The position numbers and the translations under genes are program-made. The notes under the pieces are model-generated. The model did no database searches. It was not told the DNA's origin and was given only the letters and a program-made list of their open reading frames with translations. From Utricularia gibba (taxonomy: Eukaryota > Plantae > Magnoliophyta), in the NCBI GenBank assembly GCA_002189035.1, contig NEEC01000002.1:1364001-1428000 (forward strand): a stretch of DNA of 64,000 nucleotides, read 5' to 3'. This document shows positions 19,930 through 32,451 of this stretch, one piece after another. Position 1 is the first letter of the stretch. Each line of letters starts with the position of its first letter.

Positions 19930-22893
19930 ATGGATCCGTGTGTTTCTGGAGAAGATCTCGTCATTAAGGTCTCATCTTTATTCCTGTCTAGTTTTGCAGG
20001 TTGTATGTGACTTAACTTGATTTCACAGCTTAGTTCATTGTTTAATGGCAGACGAGGAAGCCGTACACGATAACAAAACAGCGTGAGAAGTGGACAGAGG
20101 AAGAGCACAATAGGTTCTTGGAGGCCCTCAAGCTTTATGGCCGTGCTTGGCAGCGAATAGAAGGTTATCTCTCGTTCGTTTATTTTGTTTCTTTTGTTTG
20201 ACACTGAACCTTATACACCTTAAGTGCTTAGTTGATATCTCCTTCATATTACTTGTCTCTGCATCGTTTGATTCTAGCAATATTATATGGTGTTCTTATT
20301 CCAAGTATGCGCTGTGATCGTGCAGAGCATATTGGAACCAAGACTGCCATACAGATCCGAAGTCATGCACAGAAATTTTTCACTAAGGTTTATTGGTCAT
20401 CTTCACTTGTTTCCATGTCTTCGGTTATCGTTTGAAAATATTACATGCAGATTTTAAGGATTCTTTTCACTAGATGTTTTCTTTGAATAATGCTACTTCA
20501 ATCAATGCAAGCTCAGAAATATTGTCTAATACTCTTGTGTACTCAGAAGGCCTTGGCCTAATGGCTCAAACAGAAAACCTTAGATATCACCAATAAAACA
20601 GCTAGTGTTATTGCTCTTCAAATTTTCTGTAGTAATACTGTTTGAATTACTTATAGTTGTATCTTCATTATTCAGTTGGAGAAGGAGTCTGCTGTCAAAG
20701 GAGCAGGGAATACTCTTGACATTGAGATCCCTCCACCACGCCCTAAGAGAAAACCTGCAAATCCATATCCTCGAAAAACAGGTGGAGCTCCTGTGCTGCA
20801 GTTGGGATTGAAAGATGGTAGACCATCAGATGCCACTTCTACTTCATTGTGCATGGCCTTCGTAAAAGAAGCGGAGGTATTTCTTTGTCTCTTGTAGTTT
20901 ACCCCTTTTTGGTATGCAGCAGTTCTTGTTCTCTTCAATCAGGTTGTCTGGTGACTGGGATTTTGGATATTTCCGTGACTACTCTTTTATTGCTCTTGAT
21001 GGACTTTTTTTACGCTTCTAGGATCTCAGTGATGATGCGAAACAGCAAAACAGCGATCCCGAAAAGGATGACTGCACAGAGGCTTTAAGTTTTGATACGG
21101 TGGCTCCGTGTGCATCTCCAACTTCAACAAACAGTTCCTTGGCATCCGAGGCCTCGGAGAGATCTTGTACTTTTAGGGAGTTTATTCCATTAGTAAATGG
21201 ATCCCATAATCAGAATGGAAGAGCAGAACTTCTGTGCACTGCCGAACCTCTGGGAAATCATGCTGAAGAAAAACATTTTTTGAATGACACAATCCTGAAC
21301 AGTACGGTAGCCATGGACTTCTGTGTTTCACCGGAGGAATCTTCACATGGTGAAATGGTGCATGACCCTATTGATGAAAGTTCTCATAACTGCCCCCGCC
21401 ATGTTCCTGTGCACATTCTTGGTGGAAGCTTTGGAAGTATGCCACATCCTCCAGATATGCCGTTTATGCAGTCACGGCCGAATCAAACTTGCCAATCTCA
21501 TGGTGATCAAACTGTTTTCACTGATGCAGCTGCATCTGCAACCTCTGAAAATGGCGGTAATGGACCGAGAACTTCTACTCCCCAACCATATCTCCATTGT
21601 CATCCATTCTTTGCTCCAATGCTGAACCCGGAGGATTATCAGTCGTTTCTGCAGATATCATCCACATTTTCAAGCCTTATTTTGTCTGCATTGGCTCAAA
21701 ACGCAGCAATGTATGCTGCAGCTAGCTTTGCCTCAAGTGTGTGGCCTTGGTTCAACCTGGAAGCTCCACTTGAACCATCTGCAAATTCATCCGGGATTCA
21801 TCAATCGAGGCCAATGAATCCCACTTCAAGTATGGTAGCAATTGCTGGAGCTACAGTGGCTGCAGCAACCGCCTGGTGGGCAGCCAATGGCCTTCTTCCC
21901 TTGTGCCCTCAATATCATCCTGGATTTGCCTGCTCTCCAGCGGCAGCAACTGCAGCTCAAATGGATGGTACCCAAAGTGGAAATATAAATGGAGATGCAA
22001 GAGAAAACAGTGCTGATCCCATGCCGCAATATAGACAACCGGATCCAGAGCACACTAATGCTCCAAGTTCGACTTGGAAACCACCAACTTCCTTATCATC
22101 AGATAGTGAGGCAAGTGAAGCTGGAAAACTGAATGGTGGATTAAATCCTTCCGGATCTGCAGAGAATGAGAAACCAGATGGCTCAAATAAGTTTAAGAAC
22201 AGGAAACAGTTGGATCGCTCTTCTTCTGGATCAAACACCCTCTCAACCAGTGACATCGAACCTGATGCCATGGAGGTTGATGTGAAGGTGACCGAGGAAA
22301 AGCATATCCAAGTAAACGAAGATAACTATGAACCAGATGCAGTACTTGATACCCCTGATCCTTCTAGTAGACGTAGTCGAAGTAACAGCAGCTTAACTGA
22401 TCCATGGAGAGAAGTATCTGAGGAGGTACAAATACTTTTCATCCTGTTTCAAGCTAGCAACTACTCACACTACTTCACTACCCCTTTTAGGGGGATTTAT
22501 ACCTGGTCCTCTAGCAGTTGTCTCTTTTTACGGCTATCACTAATTCCACATGATATGCTTGCAGGGAAGGCTAGCTTTTCAGGCACTATTCTCCAGAGAA
22601 GTGCTGCCTCAAAGTTTTCCACCACCTCATGATCTTGAGAACAAAGCCAAAAAACACTGTATCAAGCCTGGAGAAGATGGAGATGAGCCAACGATTTTTA
22701 AACTTGATTCAAACCAAGTGACGGCAAATAGTTCATTTTTCACCGTTGGGATGAACCACGACGGTCTTCTCAACAAGAAAATCGGAAATGCAAAGGCTCA
22801 AACCGGTTTTCGACTCTACAAGAGATGCGCGGTGGAGGCCACAGAAACTCGGGTTCCAGATGAGCACAAAGATCCAAGAAGCTGCGCCTGTAG
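19930..22893 (+). CDS. LHY: Circadian clock MYB factor LHY/CCA1, 6 coding exons, frameshift near 22874 in the last codons
   Basis: [13 protein letters not shown]|[37 protein letters not shown]|[21 protein letters not shown]|[23 protein letters not shown]; [10 protein letters not shown]; FSSLILSAL; [19 protein letters not shown]; [11 protein letters not shown]; DPWREVSEE|[27 protein letters not shown]. Confidence 0.95.
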
Positions 22894-23134
22894 CCTACTC
22901 CAGAGAGCAGAATCCGTTCTTCCATTTTCGAGCTTGACTAGTCCTCTGTTGCAAAATAACGCTACTTGTCGCTCCTCCGGAAGACTCGTCCATTCCTGCG
23001 AATGGACATTGATCAGAAATTTTCTTAACGAGTAACCTTCTTGTCAAAGAATTTGTCATTGCACAAGCAATGCAAAAAAGTCCTGCCATTTGTGCAGACT
23101 AACTAGGCAACAAGAAAAAAGTAAAAACAATCCT

Positions 23135-23281
23135 TCATACAGTTTCCGATCGGCAAAGCTTGCCGCAAGCAGAAAAAACTGAATTCAACGAAATTGCTGC
23201 GCTTGGTCATGTCCGCCTGCTCCTCAGCCGCCTCAATCGACTTCAGAAGTATCCCGCAGTCCCCGCAGCGTCACTACTCAT
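23135..23281 (-). pseudogene. Fragment of the first exon of a zinc-finger/UBA/PUB-domain protein gene (At1g04850-like, recalled)
   Basis: Reads CGDCGILLKSIEAAEEQADMTKRSNFVE, then shifted VFSACGKLCRSETV*, versus recalled MAGVSLKCGDCGTLLKSVEEAQEHAELTSHSNFAES..LVCTTCTKPCRSK. ATG at 23281 is out of frame, both His ligands are lost and there are internal deletions. Confidence 0.8.
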
Positions 23282-24016
23282 CCCCGATCGATTTGCATTC
23301 CTTGGTTTCTACCCAAGGACCTTGTTGCCTTCATGGAAGCAACGGTTACCGGAAGTCGAAACGGGGGAGAATTAATTTCTACCCCAAGCCCTCAAGATTG
23401 TGATATCTCAGTTTGACCCCTATTATCTTCATAATTTCCAAAACAACCATTGGGCAGAGGTTGGACCAGAGGAGGCCCATGGACTCGGGCTGTACTTATC
23501 AAGAAAACACTCAGCTCAGTGGGCTTGAAAAAAACTCAGCCCACTTCAGTTTCAATATTCTAAATATACATATATTTTCTTTTCCATAGTCACATTTCTC
23601 TTTGAAAAAATACAAAATGGAAGAGCCAAGGCCACTCTGCTATGTTCAAAGCACATCTCTTTGCATCAGTGGTAATCTAGAAGCACAAAATTGTGAGTGT
23701 GGGCGACTCATAAATAGGGGCAATGCTTTTAGGAGGCTTACACCTATTCTCAGAACGGACGGTGCATCTCCCTTGCTCTGACAACGTCCACTCTAGGCAA
23801 AAAATGCTCAGTTCCATGGAGATAGCATCCCTCGAATCTTCCAGCAAACGGCATCTGAGTCTCCGGCATTGTCGCTTTATGCTGAGAAATTCCCTGGGCT
23901 GCATCAGAATGAGAGTGATGGGTGCAGTGGGGAAGCTTTCACCACCATAAGCTGCTAGCTATTTGGCATCCGCCACATCCCAGAAAGACTGATGTTCAGC
24001 AAATGGGAAACGAGGA

Positions 24017-26077
24017 TCAGTAAGGAATCACGTAGGGTAGAGCATAGATATCAGCTGATTCGATGTGAATCGCCTTAGACCACACACGAGTCTCCACTCG
24101 TGCACTGGTTGCCTCTGGGGCAGCCTTCTGGAGAGGAGGATCCTTCTTGCTGAATAACCATTCCTGATCATCACATTCAGACCATTGTCCCACATCAGGC
24201 ACTCTCAGTACCCAACTCAGATACTTTGAATCTCGGTGGGGAGGCCTCCTTGACGCTTCAGCAAGAAGATCCTCGACCATGGGCACATTAGGACCCTCAT
24301 TTACACTGCCAGAATCCTGGCAGGGAACTTTGGGATCCACTGAAATTCGAATGCTACTCATAACATCGACAGAAGCATTGTTCTTTGAATACGATGCATT
24401 CAATGGTTCAACTGTGGTCTTCATTGGCAAGTTGCCCTCATGAAACTGAACATTTCCCGAAATTACCACATTATCAGGAGTTTTGCTGAAAACTTCAGAA
24501 GACACAGGTTTCCTTCCATTTTTGTTAAAATGATGAAGAGTTTGCGCCTGAATTTTATAAGGCCTCACTTCGCTATCTGCAACAGAGTGAAAAGAAACTG
24601 GCCGAATAAATAAAGCCACAATAAATCAACTGAACATGCACAAAAATCATGCATGGAGTTTCAGGTTCAGTGCAGCTGGTTTCAACAGATGATGTGGATA
24701 AAAAAATACTTACGAAAAATCAAGTAAATACAAGTGACCACTCCGAGGAAAGTTTCTACTGAAGAAAAACATACACTTTTTATGAGATAAGCTATTCACA
24801 GTATAAGCAAACAGAGCTGAAGCTCACCATGGAGAAAACCAGAGTTATTTATATCTTTCCTTTTCCTTATATTTCCTTTATTGAGTGTAACATCTTCGCC
24901 ACTCTGGGGAAAAGCATCACTTTTATGGCTTGTAACTGTTGCATCAGAAGAGTAAGTCATCTCGGAATCCTTTGATTTCTCTAAACCATTTTTTCTGGAT
25001 TTTATTGTCAAAATTTCCACCATTTTTCTCTCATTCCTCTGGTTTTTATCATTTATATTAATTTCCATATCTCTATCCTCAAGTTCCTCTGTGCGCTTAC
25101 CACCATCTGCTTTATTGAACTTCTGTGTATCCAAAAAATTCCGGTGATTTTGACTTTCAGCTGTTCTAGGAGTCCCCTCAACTTTACCTTCAGACAGTTT
25201 CACATTCTTTTGGGGCGGTGGCTTTCTTGTCAACTCATCCCTGAGTAACTGCCGGCCCATGTTCCTGAACTCAACTCCCTTACATCTGCTACTTCCATTT
25301 TCTGCTACCATTTCCACTGAATGATTTCTAACAGATGATTCTGGTTTTTCTTCATGGCCACCTTTTTCCATTATTGCAAATCTTCCACTAATCCGGTCCT
25401 CTGAAATCTCACCGTCCTCTTCAAGTCTGTTATTCAACTCTTCTACAAATTTGGCTTCCAGAGTTGTGTGTGAGGCCCCATAGCCAAACAGTTGTGCTCC
25501 ATTACAGTAATGCGACGAAGAAGAGTATTTACTTACTCCTGTATAACTGCGTCCGCCATAGCCATGACCCTCTAAATGGAGTTCCTTATCTTTTCCACCC
25601 TCAGGTTTTGCAGCGACTGGTAAATCCTGCGAGATATTGGTTTCCCCTTTCTCTTTTTCCTTACTTGCATCCTTCTTATGCCGATTTTTTTCTTTCTTCT
25701 CCCTGCGCTTCTCTTTCCTGTCTTTCTTGTCTCTCTGTTTCTCCCTATTTCCATCTTTTTCCTTTTTTTCTCGATCTTTCTTCCCTTTGTCCTTTCTCTC
25801 CTTTTTTTCTTTGCCCTTTTCCTGGATTTACAGAAGTCATTTAAGAATATCATAGTATGTAACAAATTCCATTTTCCAAAGAATATAGCCTAACCCTTTA
25901 TTTGAACTAAAAAAATGTCTTGATTTTTTCAAGAACATCAGTTCATTAGTGCAACGTATGTAAAAACATGGTATTTTGAAAAGAAAAAACATAGCCACAA
26001 AAGGCCTGATTCACCTTACTAAACTCTGCTGAGAGTTTTTCATATCCGGGTGGAGGAAAAGGAAAGCAGCGAGACAT
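24017..26077 (-). CDS. Lys/Glu-rich plant protein of unknown function (family often labelled myb-like protein X / DNA ligase 1-like), 3 coding exons
   Basis: N-terminus MSRCFPFPPPGYENSQQSFSK|EKGKEKKERKDK...; conserved C-terminus PPHRDSKYLSWVLRVPDVGQWSECDDQEWLF...VWSKAIHIESADIYALPYVIPY*. Confidence 0.85.
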
Positions 26078-27471
26078 CTCAACCTTTCCTACAGTAGGTA
26101 ACAAATGAGGAACGCGATAAATGTATTAGTTCAATCACTCTCCAAGAAATGTAGAATCAACAGTCCTCCTTCCCCATCCACCATAAATTCACTCATATTT
26201 TTCTGGCCAAAAGCCTCCGGATGCGGTTACTGCTCTCAAGATCAGAGCGCCCAAATCAGAAGAGTAGCAATACTATTTCAAATGCGTAAACCTGCCATGC
26301 AGTAGTACTATGTCAATTCAAATCGTCCAAATGTGAAGTAATGCAGTCGACTAATTGTAGAACCGGTAGTTCTACAAAGATTACAAAGCCTTATGATCAT
26401 CAGCTTCACCGCCTTGATCTCATTGCCAAGAATTAATTCTAAAATCATCACAAATCATTCAAAACAGAACTCTCAGTGTTCTCGTAGCTTCCAAGAGTAC
26501 GAACAGTCCTCTTCCATACTCTTCAGGATTTAGCTTGCACGCTAACTATACCTCTTTCAAAATTTGGCCGATGGATCGCATCACAAATAGACCCAATGAA
26601 CTTTCAATCACCTCGCTCCAGAGATTAATTTCTGGTTGGAACCCTTAAAATTAAGAGCTTTATATTCACGCCTCTGAATCCAAAACTCAAAAGGAATCAA
26701 GAAGCCTCAAAACGCAATTCGATAAAGAATCTAAACCCTAATTGAAAGGAAGAAAATCAGAAGTGGGATTGAGTTAATTAGGCGAGATTTCAAGTGCAAG
26801 GAATGAAAAATCCGGGATTTTCAGAACTACAAGCACAAAGCCGACGCCATGCAGAATATCCGATTACATCAAATTCCCAAAATACCAAAGCATAACCACA
26901 CTTTACAAGACTTAGTTCAAGTAAGCAACCCAAGGTCGGTGAGTTCTGTCCCCATCCCCATTTTCAACCCAATTTTGATCAAATTTCCAGTTTCCAGTTT
27001 TCACCCCAAGATACAAAGAGGCTGCATTAGCCTTCGAGAGTGACGAGATCTCCGCTGCTTTTGGGTTCCGATTGCGGAGGAGGGGTAATGGATTTCGTCA
27101 CCGTCTACATCAAAAAATCACAGAAATGGCGTAGGCAAAGACAGAGGCTTACGCAGTGTCTCAATGGGTGGGGCGCGTGGTCAGATATGCATCCCATTAC
27201 CTCCTCCTGGCCCAATTCCTCCATTTCTAAATGGGCCTCCTTCTGCTGAAGTCCAGACTACTGCCGACCCACGGGCTCGACCCGATTCGGCCCAACCTGC
27301 TGATATTCTGAATTCTATATGATTAAATCAAAATAAGCATTCTCTATCTGCCACGTGGCAACCCCAGAGCCGTGGATGCTCATCTTCAGGAAATCAACTA
27401 TGAAATGGATCCAATATTTGCTCCACATTTTAATATAATTTTATACTCTTAATTTTTTATAATTAAAAAAT

Positions 27472-28148
27472 TGAGTTATAAATTTGCATTTCTGAGAATT
27501 GTGTTTTTTATGAAAAAATTGTGCCACAAATCCCTAATTTTATTCATATTATAACAAGAAAAATTAATCTCCAACATTAAAGTCCATCAAAATTGATCGT
27601 CACTATTTTATTAGTTGACGTCTTTAGTCCCCATCATAAGCAATGATGCAAAAATAGTTCCCATTATTTTCAATTTAATTTGATTAAGATTAAAATAGCG
27701 AGAACGATGTATATCTAGTTTTTAAATAATGAGAATCAATTATATCAAGTACTCAAATAGTCGAGATTAATTATATCAAAATTAGAAAATAATAGAGATT
27801 ATTTTTGCTCGAGACTTTAAATATTGAAAACTAAAAATATCCGAAATAGTGTAGACTAAACCAATGTTTTTGAAAATTTATGAAACCTATTTTTATTTTT
27901 CAAAATTATTTCAGAAAAATAGAAATAAGAAGTAAAAGTAAACTAATTATTACTTTTCTAAAAATAATTTTTATAGTATAATTTTAAAAAATATTTTTTG
28001 ATATAAATACTTTTATAATTGATAGTATTTTAAAATAAAATTATTTTTATTTTTAAAAAGTAAAAATAAACTTCAAAAATTTTTCAAAACACAATTTAAT
28101 TATCTGATAGTGAGTTATAAATATACATTTCTGAGGATTGTGTTTTTA
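27472..28148. repeat. AT-rich segment bracketed by a ~37-bp direct repeat and containing degenerate internal subrepeats; probable MITE/TE remnant
   Basis: TGAGTTATAAATTTGCATTTCTGAGAATTGTGTTTTT (27472) versus TGAGTTATAAATATACATTTCTGAGGATTGTGTTTTT (28111), 3 mismatches; internal AAATA..GAGA..TTATATC units at about 27690-27800. Confidence 0.5.
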
Positions 28149-28612
28149 TCTTATTTCATAATAAACCAGATTAAAAAATTAAAGGGTTTCATAATGGAAA
28201 TATTTAATTTTAGGGTTTGGGGAAAAAAAAAAAATCGGCCGGCAGTCGCCGTCCATGCGAGTATTTACTGAGGCGGGTTTACTAAACAAAATTCACACGG
28301 TGGGGGTTTTTCTCATGCGACGGTACGGACACACGAGATTCACGATAAAAAAAAATACAGAAACAAACAAACAAGGGCATCGATCGAAGCGACGATCTAC
28401 GAAGCACATCATGTATTTATGAGGAACGTGAGCCGCGGGTGGCGCCTCTGGGCTGTGCTCCATCACTTTTTTCTCAGCAACTTGCGCACTCCTGCTCCCT
28501 TCGAAACCGTCGCTTTTTTGCCCTTCGCCCCGCCCTGCCCCTCCTCCTCGCCGCAGTCTCGGCTTTTCTCTTTTCTGTATGTGTATATAAAGTTGTAAAC
28601 GGCCGGTTTCAA

Positions 28613-31600
28613 ATGTATCACTCTTCCACCTCGTCCTACTCGCAATCCACCGCCGCTGCGGGAGGCGGAAGACTCGCGAGCTACGAGTCTGCGCCGGAAA
28701 CCTTCCTAATCTCCGCGACGCACCACAGATCGGACAAGTGTGAAACCTCCGCAGCAGTAATGCCGAACCACGGCGACGACGGTGGCAGGGCCGCGAACAC
28801 CACAATCGGCCTCAGGCCGTCGTTCGGCTTTTCCATCGCGCCGTGCTCCCCTCCTCCTCCTCCTCCCCTCGTTCGGCACAGCAGTTCGCCGGCGGTGTTC
28901 CTCGATCCGTCCGCCGCCGACAGAAACGGTACGCGGTTTCTCTTCATCTCTTCAAAATTATCTATCCATTTAGGTTTGGAGTGTCTCGCCTGCGCGTTTA
29001 ATTCACGCCTGTTTTCATTGACACCACGAAACTCTCGCACACCCCTCCTATTTCCTAGCCCACAACACCTGAATTTTACTTACCCCCTTTTTTTAAAAAA
29101 AAAAAAAAACTTTTTATCAACACTTTAATTTTAATTCAATAAATTGAACTTTTTATATAAAAAAGTTAAGACCACTTAGAATCATATTAATATCAAATTG
29201 TGATGAAGGGGAGAGGAGGCAATTTGGTGCAAATTGCATTTCCTTATCTGTCAACTAGTAGTAGCAAGGACCACAAAAATGAAGGGGAATCTTGTTATTT
29301 ATATCATACAGAGCCACTACCTTTTAAATTATATCTTTTTTGCCCTTTTCTCACAACTAGACCACATTGCCCCACATTTAAATCTTTTAAAAATTAGCGT
29401 CTTCACTCCTTTTTTAAATAAATATTGAACGCACCATGAATAGTGATTAATTTTGCAATTTCCCCCCTTGAAAATTGCTAAATTACATGTAGCCCCCCCA
29501 CCCAGTAACACACGAATTTATATTATGTGATTAGGCTGTCTTCTTTGGCACATTAGCTTTAATTCACCAAACATGCTTCAAGCTTTTAGTCAGCCGTACG
29601 AGATAAGAGTAGCTATAAGGTGCTGGCTGCATTAAATCCAAGTTTAAGGGTAGGTATAGTTATGATTTTGTCTTTGCCACCTTGTCTTATAATTACTCAT
29701 GATTAAATAGAATTATCCTCATAATCTTATATGAGGTTTTTTCTCTAAAAGAAAAAAATGTAATATCTCAAGAATTATGTCTAAAGTAAAAGTGAATCAA
29801 ATATGGATTTTTCGGAAAATTGATCATTTTTGCTTTATTTTATAGTTTTTGAAAATCGTACTGTTACTCAAGGTATCTATGTAGGACGATGCTCGTACTG
29901 AAAAAACACCGGTACAAGCATTAGTTTTTTTTTTTTTTTTTTTGAAGTTTTAATTTTCCTTATCTCCTGTCTGGTTTCGTCATCAGTTTTAATTGGCATT
30001 TATAGGAGGGGGTGGTTTGGGGAGCTGGGGGTTAGCGACAGTGATGCTGCACAAATAAATAAATAGAACAGAGAAAAAAACCCGGAAATGTCGGAGGGGA
30101 TAGAATGACATCATCAAAGGGGCCCACACGTGCTCCTTTTTTCCTAATTTAATTTTGGTGGCATCGAATGCTTCGAAATTAAAACAAAAATCAGTGAGGG
30201 GTAGTTTATTAATTCATATAAATAGACGCAAGTTGTGACAGGTCGTGGTCAAATGTAGCTTCACATATTCGGTAGGAATCATGTGACAATGTTTTAAAAC
30301 TTTGATATTTTTATAATTTTTTAATCATATTTGTTATAAAATTTTATAAAAATAATAATAATTGTATAAATTTAATTTTTCTAATTTCTTATATGTTTGT
30401 GTGAATCTATTTTTTTTTTTCAAAAATGAATTAAAATACTGTAAAAACAATGTGCTGCATTAAAGTGAGTTTGTTGATGTGTTTTGGGAATTTCTGTTTT
30501 CCTGATATTTTATGACTAGTTGATGATACTCGACAATGACACATTGCATTTGAGTAGGTTACCCATAGGGTATTTAGAATTACAATTTCCGTACGACAAG
30601 CATATTATTTTAAGTTCATCAGCCCGGCCACCCGTCCCTTTCTTAACTGCAAGTGGCGGCTGGTCGCTGGCTTTCACTGTACGGAAATTTGAATAAAACA
30701 GTATTTGTATTAAATGTTTTCACTTTTTTCTTTTAAATGTGGTTTTTTTTATTCACCCCCAAGTAATGTATTTTAACCTTAAAAAAACCAGAATAGGAAG
30801 GGAATAGAAAAAGGTTTTCTTGCCTCTCAAAACAAATGTGATTATCTTGTTTATATGTGTGTTAAGAAAATTAGGGTTTAGATGTGTGATAATAAGCTTA
30901 ATTATATAAATTAATCATAATTATTAATTTTCTGACTAGTGTGTGATAAACAAGATTAAGAAGGATGAATGGATTTATAATGAATGAGTTTTGTATGTAG
31001 GTGTTGCTGCATGTGTTTGGTTAATTAATTTTAAGAAAGACAATAAATATTTTATTTATATTATTATTTATTTTTTAATGTAAATTGTAAATCCAATAAT
31101 AGTAATGCTCTCTGTGCAGGGGGTTTTTCATTGACAGGAGAAGGTTGCAGCTCGAGGGGCGTGGGCGACAATGGCGGATCCGCCTCCAGACTGAGCTTCA
31201 GCGGACCTGAATACGACCGAATGAAGTTGCATCACCACTGCAGTAAGTACCAGCACCTCGTGGATCCAATCCTCTTCTCTATCGGGCAGAAGGCGGACGG
31301 CGTCGACTCTCACTCGCAGGTAGCGCTGGCTAACCATACCAACTGCATCGGGTTCACGTAGCGATGGGCTAACTGGGAGGAGTTTGAAATGGCAGATTCA
31401 GTTCAGCATGTCGCCAGGGTCGATGGGAATGCCCTCCAGCAACAATCTACTCAGCATTCCTTCCGATTCCGTTCCATGCAAAATGCGAGCTAAGCGCGGC
31501 TGCGCTACTCACCCGCGCAGCATTGCGGAAAGGGTAGTCCTTGCGTCACGTTTTGACGACAAACGTACAGCACACACTTGATCTGATTCTCATGTTTCGC

Positions 31601-32050
31601 AGGAGAGAAGAACGAGAATAAGTGGGAAGCTGAAGAAGCTGCAGGATCTTGTGCCTAACATGGATAAGGTAGAATCATTCATTTTGCTACCTTGATGCTG
31701 GAATGGTTTTCATTGCTTTACTCATTGCAGCAAACGAGCTATGCAGACATGCTGGATTTAGCTGTCCAGCACATCAAATGCCTTCAGACTCAGGTTCAGG
31801 TAACTGGTTCTCCAATCCTGACGGTCGAATCTTATGCTTTTCAGAACACTTGTTTTATAGTCATCTATTTTAGGGTTTAGCTTTTATCTTGCAACAACAT
31901 GCTCGATCTACTTGTAAAGGATACACCACCAACTTTGAATATTTTGTTTTTTGGGTTTAGAAACTGAACGATGATCTGGAGGGCTGCTCATGTGGATCCA
32001 ATAAAAATAGAAACCAGCTGCAGCAGCTGTTGCATTACAACCAAAATTGA
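28613..32050 (+). CDS. bHLH128: bHLH128/129-like (FBH/AKS subgroup) transcription factor, 6 exons, 2191-bp first intron
   Basis: MYHSSTSSYSQS..GGGRLASYESAPETFL; LVRHSSSPAVFL; DSVPCKMRAKRGCATHPRSIAER|ERRTRISGKLKKLQDLVPNMDK|QTSYADMLDLAVQHIKCLQTQVQ|KLNDDLEGCSCG. Confidence 0.92.
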
Positions 32051-32451
32051 AAAGGCAGGAGGCCAGTTTTCATGTTGTGAGTTGCTGCTAGAATCCCTGA
32101 CTTTCGCACCGCAGCTTAGTGTAGACGGTGCGCTCTCACTAAGCTTTTGTTCTTATTTTCGTTCGGGTTTTTAGAATAAAATAAAATTGGAACTGAATGG
32201 TCCCTTCCGGTTTCCTATCTGTGATGTTCAAGCTGGTTGTATAACCTCCTTTTCAAGTTGATGGAATGCGTAAAAAAAGAGATCAAAATTATTGCTTACA
32301 CGCAATAAACATCCCTATTACATGTACAACATGATACACTGGCGGAATCCCCCAGCTGGTTTTCAAAAACCACATTTGAAATATAGCAGTTACTTTTTCT
32401 CTAGAAAACTGTCACTTGAGACTCTGCTTGGTTCAAATGGCAAGGGGAGAG

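Noticed and set aside
25440-25560. Suspected frameshift or GTAAGT donor in the K/E-rich gene
   Set aside because: On recount the exon reads through in frame into LEAKFVEELNNR.
25464-25893. Several Phe/Ser/Leu-rich plus-strand ORFs
   Set aside because: Antisense shadows of the low-complexity Lys/Glu exon.
28293-29128. Long overlapping ORFs on both strands (170-229 aa)
   Set aside because: Explained by the GC-rich first exon of bHLH128 and read-through into its promoter and intron.
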